Assembly: GCA_963788195.1 (NCBI GenBank) | Contig: CAWBGA010000001.1 | Location: 256,001 to 320,000 of the forward strand | DNA length: 64,000 bases | Direction: 5' to 3' | DNA from: Nitrospirota bacterium | GTDB lineage: Bacteria > Nitrospirota > Nitrospiria > Nitrospirales > NS-4 | Shown here: in pieces, positions 51,364 through 62,313 of the stretch | Layout of the letters: every line of letters starts with the position of its first letter | Position numbering within the stretch: the stretch's first letter is position 1 | Made by a program: the position numbers and the translations under genes | The notes under the pieces: generated by a model | Told to the model about the DNA's origin: nothing | Database searches by the model: none | Seen by the model: the letters and a program-made list of their open reading frames with translations, nothing else

Positions 51364-53193
51364 ATGTGCGGTATCGTCGGATATATCGGCAGCCAAAATG
51401 CAGTGCCGCTGCTGATCGACGGCCTCAAGCGGCTGGAATACCGCGGCTACGACTCGGCGGGGGTCGCGGTGCTGGCGAATGGGAAAATAGGCATCCGGCG
51501 CAGTGTCGGCAAGCTTGTAAATCTCGAGAAAGTCTTAGCACGCGACGCGTTAAGCGGAACGGTCGGCATCGGCCACACTCGCTGGGCCACCCACGGGAAG
51601 CCGTCGGAGCAGAACGCTCACCCGCATCGGTCCGGGCCATTGGCGCTTGTCCATAACGGCATTATTGAAAACTACCTGGCCGTAAAGGCGATGCTGCTCA
51701 GCGACGGATTCCGCTTTGTATCCGAGACCGATACCGAGGTCGTGACCCATCTCATTGCGCGCTCCTTGAAAGCTGGCCTGGGGCTTGAAGCCGCCGTGCG
51801 CGCGGCCCTGCTTGACATACAGGGCAGCTATGCGATTGCGGTCATTTGCGAAGATGATCCCACCACCCTGGTCGCAGCCCGCTCTGGATGTCCTCTGGTG
51901 ATCGGCATGTGCGACGATGGTGCCTTCATAGCCTCCGACGTGACGGCCCTGCTCAGGCATATGCGTGACGTGATCTTTCTAGACGATGGCGAGTTGGCCG
52001 TGTTGAGCGCAACCGCATTAGTGGTCAAGGATGCGAACGGGAAGGATCTCAATCGTAAACCGACACGCATCACCTGGGATGCCACGGCAGCGGAAAAGGC
52101 CGGCTATCCCCATTACATGCTCAAGGAGATCCACGAACAGCCACAGACAATTCTGGACACCATGCGGGGCCGCTATAGCTACGATCAGGGCGAAGCCGAT
52201 CTGCCCGACATCGGAGTCACTCCCGCCCAACTCGCAGAAACCGGGCGGATCTGGATCGTGGCGTGCGGCACGTCGTGGCATGCCGGTTTGGTCGGCAAGT
52301 ATCTCATCGAGGAAATGGTCGGGGCACCGGTGTTTGTCGATATCGGATCGGAATTCCGGTATCGCAACCCGCTGATTCAAAAAAACGACCTTTTCGTCGC
52401 CATTTCCCAGTCCGGAGAGACGGCCGATACCCTGGCTGCCGCCCGGGAGGCGAGACGCCAGGGAGCCCGGGTCCTATCGATTTGCAACGTAGTTGGAGGC
52501 ACCCTCGCCAGAGAATCAGATGGCGTGCTGTATACCCGCGCCGGCCCTGAAATCGGTGTAGCGTCGACAAAGGCCTTCACTGCCCAGCTCACCGCGCTAT
52601 ACCTGCTCTCGTTACACTTGGCCCGGGTACGGGGCGCAATGTCTGTCGAAGACGGAAAGGTGTGGCTGGAGCGCTTTGTGACCTTGCCGACGCACGTCAA
52701 AAATCTCCTCGGGCGCGAAGCTGAGTTGGTCTCAATCGCTAAACGCTATTACACCAAGCGCAATTTCTTGTACCTCGGCCGAGGCATTAATTACCCGATC
52801 GCGCTCGAAGGGGCGCTCAAGCTCAAGGAGATTTCCTACATCCATGCCGAAGGTTATCCGGCCGGCGAGATGAAGCACGGCCCGATCGCCCTCATCGATA
52901 AAGACATGCCCGTCGTGGTTCTCGCGCCGAAGGATCGGCTCTACGACAAAACCGTCAGCAATCTGATGGAAGTCAAAGCCCGTGGGGCGCCGGTGATCGC
53001 CTTGGTTACGGAAGGCGAGCGGGAACTAGGAAGAACGGCCGATGCAATTTTTTCAATACCCAATGTCCACCCGCTGCTGTCTCCGATTCTCTTCACGGTG
53101 CCGTTACAGATCCTGGCATATCATATGGCCGTGCTGCGTGGTACTGATGTCGATCAGCCCCGCAATCTGGCGAAAAGTGTGACGGTTGAGTAG
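51364..53193 (+). CDS. glmS: Glutamine--fructose-6-phosphate transaminase
   Basis: MCGIVGY, LEYRGYDSAG, HTRWATHG, PRNLAKSVTVE. Confidence 0.97.
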   Translation: MCGIVGYIGSQNAVPLLIDGLKRLEYRGYDSAGVAVLANGKIGIRRSVGKLVNLEKVLARDALSGTVGIGHTRWATHGKPSEQNAHPHRSGPLALVHNGIIENYLAVKAMLLSDGFRFVSETDTEVVTHLIARSLKAGLGLEAAVRAALLDIQGSYAIAVICEDDPTTLVAARSGCPLVIGMCDDGAFIASDVTALLRHMRDVIFLDDGELAVLSATALVVKDANGKDLNRKPTRITWDATAAEKAGYPHYMLKEIHEQPQTILDTMRGRYSYDQGEADLPDIGVTPAQLAETGRIWIVACGTSWHAGLVGKYLIEEMVGAPVFVDIGSEFRYRNPLIQKNDLFVAISQSGETADTLAAAREARRQGARVLSICNVVGGTLARESDGVLYTRAGPEIGVASTKAFTAQLTALYLLSLHLARVRGAMSVEDGKVWLERFVTLPTHVKNLLGREAELVSIAKRYYTKRNFLYLGRGINYPIALEGALKLKEISYIHAEGYPAGEMKHGPIALIDKDMPVVVLAPKDRLYDKTVSNLMEVKARGAPVIALVTEGERELGRTADAIFSIPNVHPLLSPILFTVPLQILAYHMAVLRGTDVDQPRNLAKSVTVE

Positions 53194-53233
53194 GAACTGT
53201 CCCGGCGCGTCCACGGATCGGATAGAATAAAGC

Positions 53234-53527
53234 ATGGAGATTACCCAACAGGAAGTCGAGCATATCGCCAAGCTCGCGCGATTGGAGCTTGGCGAGGATG
53301 AAAAGGGGATGTTCGCCCGGCAACTCAGTGCCATCCTGACGTACATGGACGAGCTCAAGACTCTGGACACCAGCGGGGTAGAGCCAACCGCCACAGGGCC
53401 TCTAAAGGATAATGTTTTTCGCGACGATGAAGTTCGACCGTCGCTGTCTCAGGAAAAGGCTTTGATGAACGCCCCTGACCAGGCGGACGGCTTCTTTCGA
53501 GTACCGAGAATCCTCGGAGATCGTTGA
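53234..53527 (+). CDS. gatC: Asp/Glu-tRNA amidotransferase subunit C
   Basis: VEHIAKLARL, LDTSGVEPT, NAP...FFRVPRI. Confidence 0.95.
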   Translation: MEITQQEVEHIAKLARLELGEDEKGMFARQLSAILTYMDELKTLDTSGVEPTATGPLKDNVFRDDEVRPSLSQEKALMNAPDQADGFFRVPRILGDR

Positions 53528-53535
53528 CTCGAGAA

Positions 53536-53847
53536 GGGGTAAAGGAGTTTGTCTTGGCAAACTCCAGGGCTGGGCGGGTGTAAAAGGGGCAAAGAAGTCT
53601 GTCCCACGGGACGAAAGCCTGTCGGGGTACCCATTGCTCCTGAAATGCAATGGGTCAAATGGCTTGGGGTGGGAGGGTGATATGAGATTTCGTGGCGTGG
53701 AAAGCTGAGATGAAGGTCAAGAACAGAGAACTACCCCGGCGGCCTTAAACAATCATCAGGCCTTCGGGTCGAGCAAGCTCGGCTTGCTGGGCGGGTGTAC
53801 TAGGGGAAAAGGAAGCTGTCTTGGCAGCTTCCGGGGCTGGGCGGGTG
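53536..53847 (+). repeat. Cluster of G-tract/hairpin repeat elements (53536-80, nested 53586-691, 53766-97, 53803-47)
   Basis: Consensus GGG(G)NAAA-stem-GTCYYGGC-stem'-RGGGNNGGGNGGGTG. Confidence 0.85.
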
Positions 53848-53886
53848 TAAAGGGCATTTTTCAGTGTGCATCCAACGGAGTCACGC

Positions 53887-54237
53887 ATGTTTCGACAAAT
53901 GCTGCGGTCCAAAATTCATCGGGTGAAGGTGACGGATTCCTGCCTGGAATATGAGGGCAGCTTGACCGTCGATGAGACATTGCTGGAGGCGGCAGGGATC
54001 TTGCCCTATGAGGCGGTGGTCATCTCTAATCTCAACAACGGCGAGCGATTTACGACCTATGCGATTCCTGGCCTGCGGGACTCGGGCGTGGTCTCGCTGA
54101 ATGGGCCGACCGCCAGGAAGGGCGCGATCGGCGATCAGATCATCATCTTTTGCTATGAGTACTACAATGAGGATGAGATCAAGAGGCACGAGCCGCGTAT
54201 CATTCGGGTCGACAACCACAATAAGATGATCACCTAA
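53887..54237 (+). CDS. panD: Aspartate 1-decarboxylase
   Basis: MLRSKIHR, YEGSLTVD cleavage site, NGERFTTY. Confidence 0.95.
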   Translation: MFRQMLRSKIHRVKVTDSCLEYEGSLTVDETLLEAAGILPYEAVVISNLNNGERFTTYAIPGLRDSGVVSLNGPTARKGAIGDQIIIFCYEYYNEDEIKRHEPRIIRVDNHNKMIT

Positions 54238-55701
54238 ATGTCGCTGCATCGACTCGGGCTCTTCGACATGCAGAGCGAATTCACCCAGGGCAAAATCTCT
54301 GCTACTGAGATTGCCAAGGCATTCCAGAAGCGTCTCACCCTCGTCGAGCCGAAGGTAAAGGCGTATATCACGCTGGCTGACAGGGACAGCCTCCTCGCTG
54401 AAGCTGAGTCGGTCGACCGCCAGATGCGGGGTTGGCGTAAGACTACACCGCTCATGGCGATGCCGATCGCGATCAAGGACAACATCTGCACGGAGGGTGT
54501 TAAGACGACGTGCGGGTCGCGGGTTCTTGAGAACTTCGTGCCGCCCTACGACGCTACCGTGATCGGCCGGCTGCGCGATCAGCACTACTGTCTGATCGGC
54601 AAGACGAACCTGGATGAATTTGCCATGGGCTCATCGACGGAGAACTCAGCTTTCGGGCCGACGCGCAATCCCTGGAATCCCGCATACATCCCGGGGGGCT
54701 CCTCCGGAGGATCGGCTGCAGCCGTCGCAGCGGATCTGTGCGTTGCGGCGTTAGGGTCCGATACGGGAGGGTCAATCCGGCAGCCGGCCTCCTGCTGCGG
54801 AGTCGTGGGACTCAAACCCACCTACGGGCGAGTGTCGCGCTACGGTCTAGTCGCGTTTGCATCGTCCTTGGATCAGATCGGCACAATCACCAAGGATGTG
54901 CGTGATGCGGCGATTTTGCTCAAGGTAATTGCCGGGCATGACCCGTTGGATTCGACCTCGGCTGATCTGCCGGTGCCGGAATACACGAAATCTCTCAAAG
55001 AAAATCTGCGAGGCATGAAGGTCGGAGTGCCGAAGGAGTTTTTCACGGAGGGGATGGAACCGGACGTCGAGCAGGCGGTCCGAGCGGCGATCGACCAGAT
55101 GAAGGATCTCAAGGCGGAGATCAAAGAAATCTCGCTGCCGATGACGCCACATGCTGTCGCCGCATATTATCTGATCGCGCCGGCGGAAGCTTCATCCAAT
55201 CTGGCCCGATATGACGGTGTAAAGTACGGCTTCCGCACGACCAAGGAAAAGGGCCTTCTTGAGATGTACATGAAGACTCGGCAGGAAGGCTTTGGGCCTG
55301 AGGTGAAGCGCCGGATCATGCTCGGCACCTATGCGCTCTCAGCCGGGTACTACGACGCCTATTATGGAAAGGCCCAAGCCGTTCGGACGCTGATCAAGCA
55401 GGATTTCGAGGAAGCGTTCAAGGAAGTGGACGTCATCGTCACGCCGACGATGCCCACAGCGGCCTTTAAGCTTGGCGAGAAAAGCCGTGATCCCTTGCAA
55501 ATGTATCTTTCAGATATCTTCACCATTTCCGTGAATCTGGCCGGCCTCCCCGCGATCGTCGTGCCTTGCGGCATCACGAGCGGCAAGCTGCCGGTCGGCC
55601 TGCAGATTATCGGACGCACCTTCGAGGAAGAGAAGATTCTGAGAGCGGGCTATGCATACGAGCAGTCCACGAATTGGCATACAAAGAGGCCTGTGTTATA
55701 G
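54238..55701 (+). CDS. gatA: Asp/Glu-tRNA amidotransferase subunit A
   Basis: AIKDN, GKTNLDEFAMGSS, GGSSGGSA, DTGGSIRQPA, EVKRRIMLG. Confidence 0.97.
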   Translation: MSLHRLGLFDMQSEFTQGKISATEIAKAFQKRLTLVEPKVKAYITLADRDSLLAEAESVDRQMRGWRKTTPLMAMPIAIKDNICTEGVKTTCGSRVLENFVPPYDATVIGRLRDQHYCLIGKTNLDEFAMGSSTENSAFGPTRNPWNPAYIPGGSSGGSAAAVAADLCVAALGSDTGGSIRQPASCCGVVGLKPTYGRVSRYGLVAFASSLDQIGTITKDVRDAAILLKVIAGHDPLDSTSADLPVPEYTKSLKENLRGMKVGVPKEFFTEGMEPDVEQAVRAAIDQMKDLKAEIKEISLPMTPHAVAAYYLIAPAEASSNLARYDGVKYGFRTTKEKGLLEMYMKTRQEGFGPEVKRRIMLGTYALSAGYYDAYYGKAQAVRTLIKQDFEEAFKEVDVIVTPTMPTAAFKLGEKSRDPLQMYLSDIFTISVNLAGLPAIVVPCGITSGKLPVGLQIIGRTFEEEKILRAGYAYEQSTNWHTKRPVL

Positions 55702-55752
55702 CAGCGTGAAAATAGGAATGTGAAACGGCCTCCCTTCAAGGCGCCGCGAACA

Positions 55753-55797
55753 GGGGGAAAGGGATCTGTCCCGGCAGATTCCAGGGCTGGGCGGGTG
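55753..55797 (+). repeat. G-tract/hairpin repeat element
   Basis: GGGGGAAA-GGGATCT-GTCCCGGC-AGATTCC-AGGGCTGGGCGGGTG. Confidence 0.85.
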
Positions 55798-55820
55798 CAA
55801 TGGCTTATGGGAGAACACAG

Positions 55821-56216
55821 ATGATCATCGAGATTGAAGTCGGTCTCATCGCGGTGGCTGCCGTCGTGCTGGTCGGTTTTTTAGTGCCCTTGCTCATTCA
55901 GCTTCGTAAAACGGTCGAAGAGTCGGAACGGCTGATCCGAAAGCTCAATTACGACTTGCCGCTTCTGATTACGGAAGCGACAGGGGCCGCACAGGTGGTA
56001 AACCGGGCTGCAAGCGCTGTGCGCGAAGGTACTGAGAGGGCGAAGGTTCTCGGCCAGGCGATGGGGGCGATCGGCGACACCGTGAACCACCTTCATGCTG
56101 CCGTTCGAAGCGGCACTGCTTCTGCTTGGAGCACTGCGAATGGGCTGGTGGCGGGAATCCGCGCGGGAGTTCAAGTCCTGTCAAAGGGACGTCCCCGCGG
56201 GGAGCCACTGGAGTGA
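55821..56216 (+). CDS. DUF948/YoxC-like membrane-anchored coiled-coil protein
   Basis: N-terminal TM ending [11 protein letters not shown], followed by a helical region. Confidence 0.7.
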   Translation: MIIEIEVGLIAVAAVVLVGFLVPLLIQLRKTVEESERLIRKLNYDLPLLITEATGAAQVVNRAASAVREGTERAKVLGQAMGAIGDTVNHLHAAVRSGTASAWSTANGLVAGIRAGVQVLSKGRPRGEPLE

Positions 56217-56250
56217 CGGGTCTGCGGTACCGCACCCTATGACATTATCC

Positions 56251-57739
56251 ATGGCCTCCGAAGTTGTCATCGGTTTGGAGGTACACGCCCAGCTTCTGAC
56301 GCGGTCAAAGATGTTCTGTGGTTGCACCACGGCCTTTGGTGCGGCCCCGAACACCCAAACCTGCCCGGTGTGTCTCGGGATGCCCGGTGTCCTACCGGTC
56401 ATAAATCGAAAAGCCGTGGAGTTTGCAATCCGAACGGGGCTTGCGCTGCATTGTAGCATTGCGTCCCAGAACCGGTTCGCGCGCAAACATTACTTTTATC
56501 CTGACCTGCCGAAAGACTATCAGATCTCGCAATACGAGCTTCCGATTTGCGAACACGGCTGGTTGGAGATCGGGTGCAATGGCGAATCAAAACGCGTGCG
56601 GATCCGTCGCGCCCACCTGGAGGAAGATGCGGGTAAAAACCTTCATGAGGGGATCGCCGGCGCCTCCCATGTCGATCTGAATCGCGCTGGGACGCCGCTC
56701 CTTGAAATTGTGACTGAGCCGGACCTGCGCTCCCCGGAGGAGGCCATTAGCTACCTCAAGTCGCTGCGGGACATCCTGGTCTATCTGGAGGTGTGCGACG
56801 GCAATATGGAAGAAGGAAGCTTGCGGTGCGAGCCGAATCTCTCGCTGAGAGCGCCTGGCGCAAAAGAACTGGGGACGAAGGTGGAGTTGAAGAACATCAA
56901 TTCGTTCCGCTTTGCGAAAGCCGCGATGGAGTATGAGATCCATCGTCAGGAGAAGCTCCTCAGCGAAGGCGGCACGATCCTTCAAGAAACTCGCCTTTGG
57001 AATCCGGATAAGGGGGAAACCGCGCCGATGCGCAGTAAGGAAGAGGCGCATGACTATCGCTATTTCCCTGATCCCGGATCTGGTCCCGCTGCGGATCACG
57101 GCTGACATGGTCGAGGATGTGAGAAAATCACTGCCGGAACTGCCCGCGGCAAGGCAGAAACGTTTTGTCGAGGCGTACGGCCTCACGGAGTACGACGCGC
57201 ACGTTTTGACTTCCGAAAAGTCGCTGGCAGAGTTCTTCGAAGAGACTCTAAGGGCCGTGATCGAAGTGGCGGGGGTGCCAGGTAAAGATCTTGCCAAGGA
57301 CACGACGAACTGGATCATGGTCGAACTCAGAGGCCTTCTAAACAGGGGCAAGGCGGAATCCCGGGAGGAGGGAGTGCAGGAAATTCCGATTGCCAACAGC
57401 CCGGTGTCCCCGAAGGCTCTCGCGGCGTTGCTGTCCTTAAAGCGCAAGGGCGAGATCAGCGGGCCGACAGCGAAGGCTATCTTGGAGGAGATGTTTAATA
57501 CGGGAAAGAGTGCGGAAGAGATCGTGCAAGCGAAGGGCCTCACCCAAGTGTCTGACGAAGCTGTTTTGGAGGGATTCATCGACGAGGTGATGGCGAGGAA
57601 CCCCGCGCAGCTGGCGCAATATCGAAGCGGCAAGGACGCAGTCTTTGGTTTTTTTGTAGGGCAGGTGATGAAGGCGTCGGGCGGCAAGGCCAACCCGGCC
57701 AAAGTAAATGACTTGCTAAAGCGGAAACTAACGCCATGA
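56251..57739 (+). CDS. gatB: Asp/Glu-tRNA amidotransferase subunit B, apparent frameshift ~57075
   Basis: [46 protein letters not shown]. Confidence 0.95.
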
Positions 57740-57860
57740 TGACGCGGGTCCTGTCTCGAGCACCCGACCTCCATCGGCTTCACGCAAGCGCTCGCAAGCG
57801 CGCTATGCGACGGGCCTCCGGTCGGCAGCCACCCGCACTCTCATGCGTCAACGCGGGATA

Positions 57861-58070
57861 GTTTCCGCTTGAGCTGCGCTGGGTATGTGGAGGCCCACGG
57901 GTCGGCATGGCGGCATCCGCTCGGCGCCACCCGCGCTTCAGGACGGGGAGTTTCTTCTTGAGCTGCGGGGGAGGTGTGGAGGCCCATGGTCCATGGCAGA
58001 CATCTGCTCGGCGCCACCCGCCTTCCCGACAGGTAATTTCCGCTTGATCTGCGAAGGATGTGTGAGGGCG
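57861..58070. repeat. Degenerate ~87-bp tandem repeat (about 2.5 copies)
   Basis: Units start at 57861, 57950 and 58036 with TTTCYNCTTGANCTGCG; units 1 and 2 also share TGTGGAGGCCCA and GCTCGGCGCCACCCGC. Confidence 0.75.
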
Positions 58071-58076
58071 AGATGA

Positions 58077-59405
<1,329 letters not shown>

Positions 59406-59744
59406 ATGAAACGATCCAATCAGAGACTTGAAATAGTGACGGCACAGCAGAATCGTCGGTGGAGGATCTACCTGGTTGGCGCGGCAGTATTGATGAGTTA
59501 CTTTACCTACTCATTCCTCTTTGACTCCATGGGATTTATGAAGTATCTGAGCATGAAGCGTACACAAGCCCAGATTGCAGACGACATCAAGGCCCTCCAG
59601 GAGAAAAATGTCCGCCTGAGAAACGATATCGAAGCGGTAAAGAACGATCCGGTTACCGTCGAAAGATTAGCCCGCGAGCGCCTGGGCATGGTCCGAAAGG
59701 ATGAAACAGTTTTTCTCATCGTGCCGGAGGTGAACCGACCATGA
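59406..59744 (+). CDS. ftsB: Septum formation initiator (FtsB/DivIC)
   Basis: TM + coiled coil + ERLARERLGMVRKDETVF; follows eno. Confidence 0.85.
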   Translation: MKRSNQRLEIVTAQQNRRWRIYLVGAAVLMSYFTYSFLFDSMGFMKYLSMKRTQAQIADDIKALQEKNVRLRNDIEAVKNDPVTVERLARERLGMVRKDETVFLIVPEVNRP

Positions 59745-59816
59745 GCGAAGCGGGTGCCTGCTCCAATTCATTCCTGAAATATGCGCGGCACGAGCTGTGG
59801 GAAACCTTGGCTCTTC

Positions 59817-60881
59817 ATGGATGATTCGGGATATCGCTCGGGATTCATTGCCCTTGTCGGCCGGACGAATGTTGGCAAATCTACACTGCTGAATCAGATC
59901 CTAGGCGAAAAAATCGCCATTATCTCGGATAAACCGCAAACCACCAGAACTCGAATCCTCGGTGTCCGGCATCTTCCCGCCGCGCAGTTAATTTTTCTGG
60001 ATACCCCCGGTATTCACAAACCCCAGTATCGGCTGAACCAGAGAATGGTCAGGGTGGCCCTCGAAGTCCTGGATGAGGTGGACCTGATATTTTTTATGGT
60101 CGATGCAACGGGACGCCTAGGAGCGGGCGACCAGTATGTCCTCGAGCGTCTCAAGGAGCGTGATGTGCCCGTCGTTCTCGTGATCAATAAGATCGATCTG
60201 GTGCAGAAACGAAGGCTCTTGCCGCTGATTGACGCAGCAAGACAACTGCACGAATTCGCCGAAATTGTACCGGTGTCGGCTTTGACAGGAGACGGCGTGG
60301 AGCAGCTTGTGGATCTTGGCCTTCGCTTCATGCCTCCGGGGCCGATGTATTTCAAAGAGGATATGGTGACTGATCAGCCGATGCAGGTACTGGCGGCGGA
60401 GCTCATTCGGGAGAAGATCCTTCAAAAGACGCGTGACGAGCTGCCATTCTCTGTGGCGGTTCAGATCGAATCTTTCATTGAGGAAGAGGCGCGTCCATCT
60501 AAACGCCGGTCACCTCCCCAAGGGCGTCCCGGCGGGTGCACCGGGAAAAGAGGCTGTCCCTAGGGAAAAAGAGCCTGTCTCGGCAGGCTCAGGGGGGGCG
60601 GGTGAAATGGCAGCCTCGGGGCGGGAGGGTGCAATGGAAGAGCCCCGTCCCGGCTGGTCCCCCGGCAACTTGCCAGAATTTCGGCTATCGTGTATGTCGA
60701 GAAGGAATCGCAAAAAGCGATCGTCATCGGCAAACGCGGCGAGCTGCTGAAGGCAGTCGGCACCGAAGCCCGCATCGATATGGAGCATCTCTTCGGGATG
60801 AAGGTCTTTCTGCAGCTGTGGGTCAAGGTCAAGGAAGGCTGGCGTCAGGACGAGCAGATGCTGACGGCGCTGGGATATTAG
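59817..60881 (+). CDS. era: GTPase Era interrupted by a 174-nt repeat-derived insertion in the KH domain
   Basis: [27 protein letters not shown]; resumes in the same frame at 60663 with [22 protein letters not shown]...LWVKV. Confidence 0.9.
60543..60631 (+). repeat. Two nested G-tract/hairpin elements inside era
   Basis: Outer stem GAGGCT/AGCCTC; an inner 48-nt copy with stem GAGCCT/AGGCTC sits in the outer loop. Confidence 0.85.
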
Positions 60882-60886
60882 CCAGG

Positions 60887-62305
60887 ATGGCAATGGAACG
60901 GCCGGATAAGATCGAAAAGCCGGAGAAGCCGGCGGTGCGAGGCGGAACGGTAAGCCGGTTCGGCATGATCCTGGACTCTGTTCGAAGGCTGCTTCGGCGC
61001 GGGGCGATCACTCATCTTGAACGGATGGTCAATAAAATGCATCCGGCGGACGTCGCGAATGTCCTCCATCACCTGCATACCCCGCAAGAGAAGCGAACGG
61101 TGTTCGAGCTCGTGAAGGTCGAGGGGAATAGGGCTCAGGTTCTGGCCGAGATGGACGAGGGGGACCTTACCGAGATTCTCACAGACGTTCCCGCCGCCGA
61201 GATTGCCGCACTGCTCCGCAATCTGCCGGACGACGATCAGGCCTATGTTTTGACCGCGCTGCCGGAAGAGCGTGCCCAGGAAGTGCTACGGCTGATGAAG
61301 CCCGAGGAATCCGCCGAGGTCCAAGATCTCTTGAAGTACGAGCCGCAGACCGCCGGGGCGATCATGACCGGCGAGTATTTCGCGCTCCCGGAGAATACCA
61401 CCGTTCAGGAAGCGATCCGGAAACTTCAATCGACGGATATCGGCAATGTATTTTACGTCTACGTCACCGACAGAGACGAACGGCTGATCGGTGTCCTCTC
61501 CCTGCGTCAGCTCTTGGGCTCCCCGGATCGGACGCTCGGCAGCATGATTACCAAAGAGATCATTAGTGTTTCACCGGACACAGACCAGGAAGAGGTGGCC
61601 AAGCAGGTCGCCCAATACAACCTGCTCGCGATCCCGGTCGTGGAGAAGGACGGCAAGCTAGTAGGTATTGTGACCGTGGACGATATCGTGGACGTCATAC
61701 GCGAAGAGGCCACCGAGGACATGCTGAAGATGTCCGGCACCAAGATCGAAGAGGAGGACACCTTCATGACCTCTTCGGTGTTGAACGCCGTTCGGATGCG
61801 CGTGCCGTGGCTCTTGACGAACCTCATCGGAAGTATGATTTCAGGGCTGATCCTGTGGACATTCCGCTTCACGATTCAGGAAGTGGTGGCAATAGTGACG
61901 TTTATTCCGGTGATCGCCGCCATGGGGGGAAACGTAGGGTTGCAGTCCTCCACGCTGGTGATCCGTGGTCTCGCCACTGGCCGCATCGAGCTGTCCGACG
62001 TCCGGAAGATCTTTTTTCGGGAGGTGAGCATCGGGTTGATCATCGGCCTACTGTGCGGGGTTGTCACGTTGGTCGTGGCCTCCATCATGCATATCAACTT
62101 GACCTTGGGACTCGTCGTCGGCGTGGCCATGCTGAGTGCTCTCGTTGTTTCGACGTCGATGGCCACGATCATGCCGGTCATTTTGAAACACTATGGCGTG
62201 GACCCGGCGGTCGCGGCCGGGCCGTTTGTCACCACGGCCAATGACATTACCGGTTCCGCGATCTATCTGGGATTGGCCACGGCCTTTCTCGTGTACTTGA
62301 AGTAA
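60887..62305 (+). CDS. mgtE: Magnesium transporter MgtE
   Basis: MHPADVA, TAGAIMT, CBS pair, RVPWL, MGGNVGLQS, DPAVAAGPFVTTANDI. Confidence 0.95.
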   Translation: MAMERPDKIEKPEKPAVRGGTVSRFGMILDSVRRLLRRGAITHLERMVNKMHPADVANVLHHLHTPQEKRTVFELVKVEGNRAQVLAEMDEGDLTEILTDVPAAEIAALLRNLPDDDQAYVLTALPEERAQEVLRLMKPEESAEVQDLLKYEPQTAGAIMTGEYFALPENTTVQEAIRKLQSTDIGNVFYVYVTDRDERLIGVLSLRQLLGSPDRTLGSMITKEIISVSPDTDQEEVAKQVAQYNLLAIPVVEKDGKLVGIVTVDDIVDVIREEATEDMLKMSGTKIEEEDTFMTSSVLNAVRMRVPWLLTNLIGSMISGLILWTFRFTIQEVVAIVTFIPVIAAMGGNVGLQSSTLVIRGLATGRIELSDVRKIFFREVSIGLIIGLLCGVVTLVVASIMHINLTLGLVVGVAMLSALVVSTSMATIMPVILKHYGVDPAVAAGPFVTTANDITGSAIYLGLATAFLVYLK

Positions 62306-62313
62306 TTCGAGTC

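Noticed and set aside
51300..51364. glmS ribozyme
   Set aside because: glmS starts 1 nt after the glmU stop, so there is no leader to hold it.
53528..53886. Riboswitch or pan-type leader upstream of panD
   Set aside because: Most of the spacer is explained by repeat copies also found away from panD, and I recognise no aptamer consensus; an Rfam scan would settle it.
33039..57739. Calling ispD, truA, gatB and the znuA-like gene pseudogenes or programmed frameshifts
   Set aside because: Each has a single indel with otherwise intact motifs and no consistent slippery site; sequencing error is the simpler explanation.
56587..57783. 398-aa minus-strand ORF
   Set aside because: Antisense shadow of gatB.
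60536..60886. 117-aa N-terminal extension of MgtE in the ORF track
   Set aside because: It overlaps the era 3' end and the repeat insert in another frame; MgtE plausibly starts at ATG 60887 or 60893.
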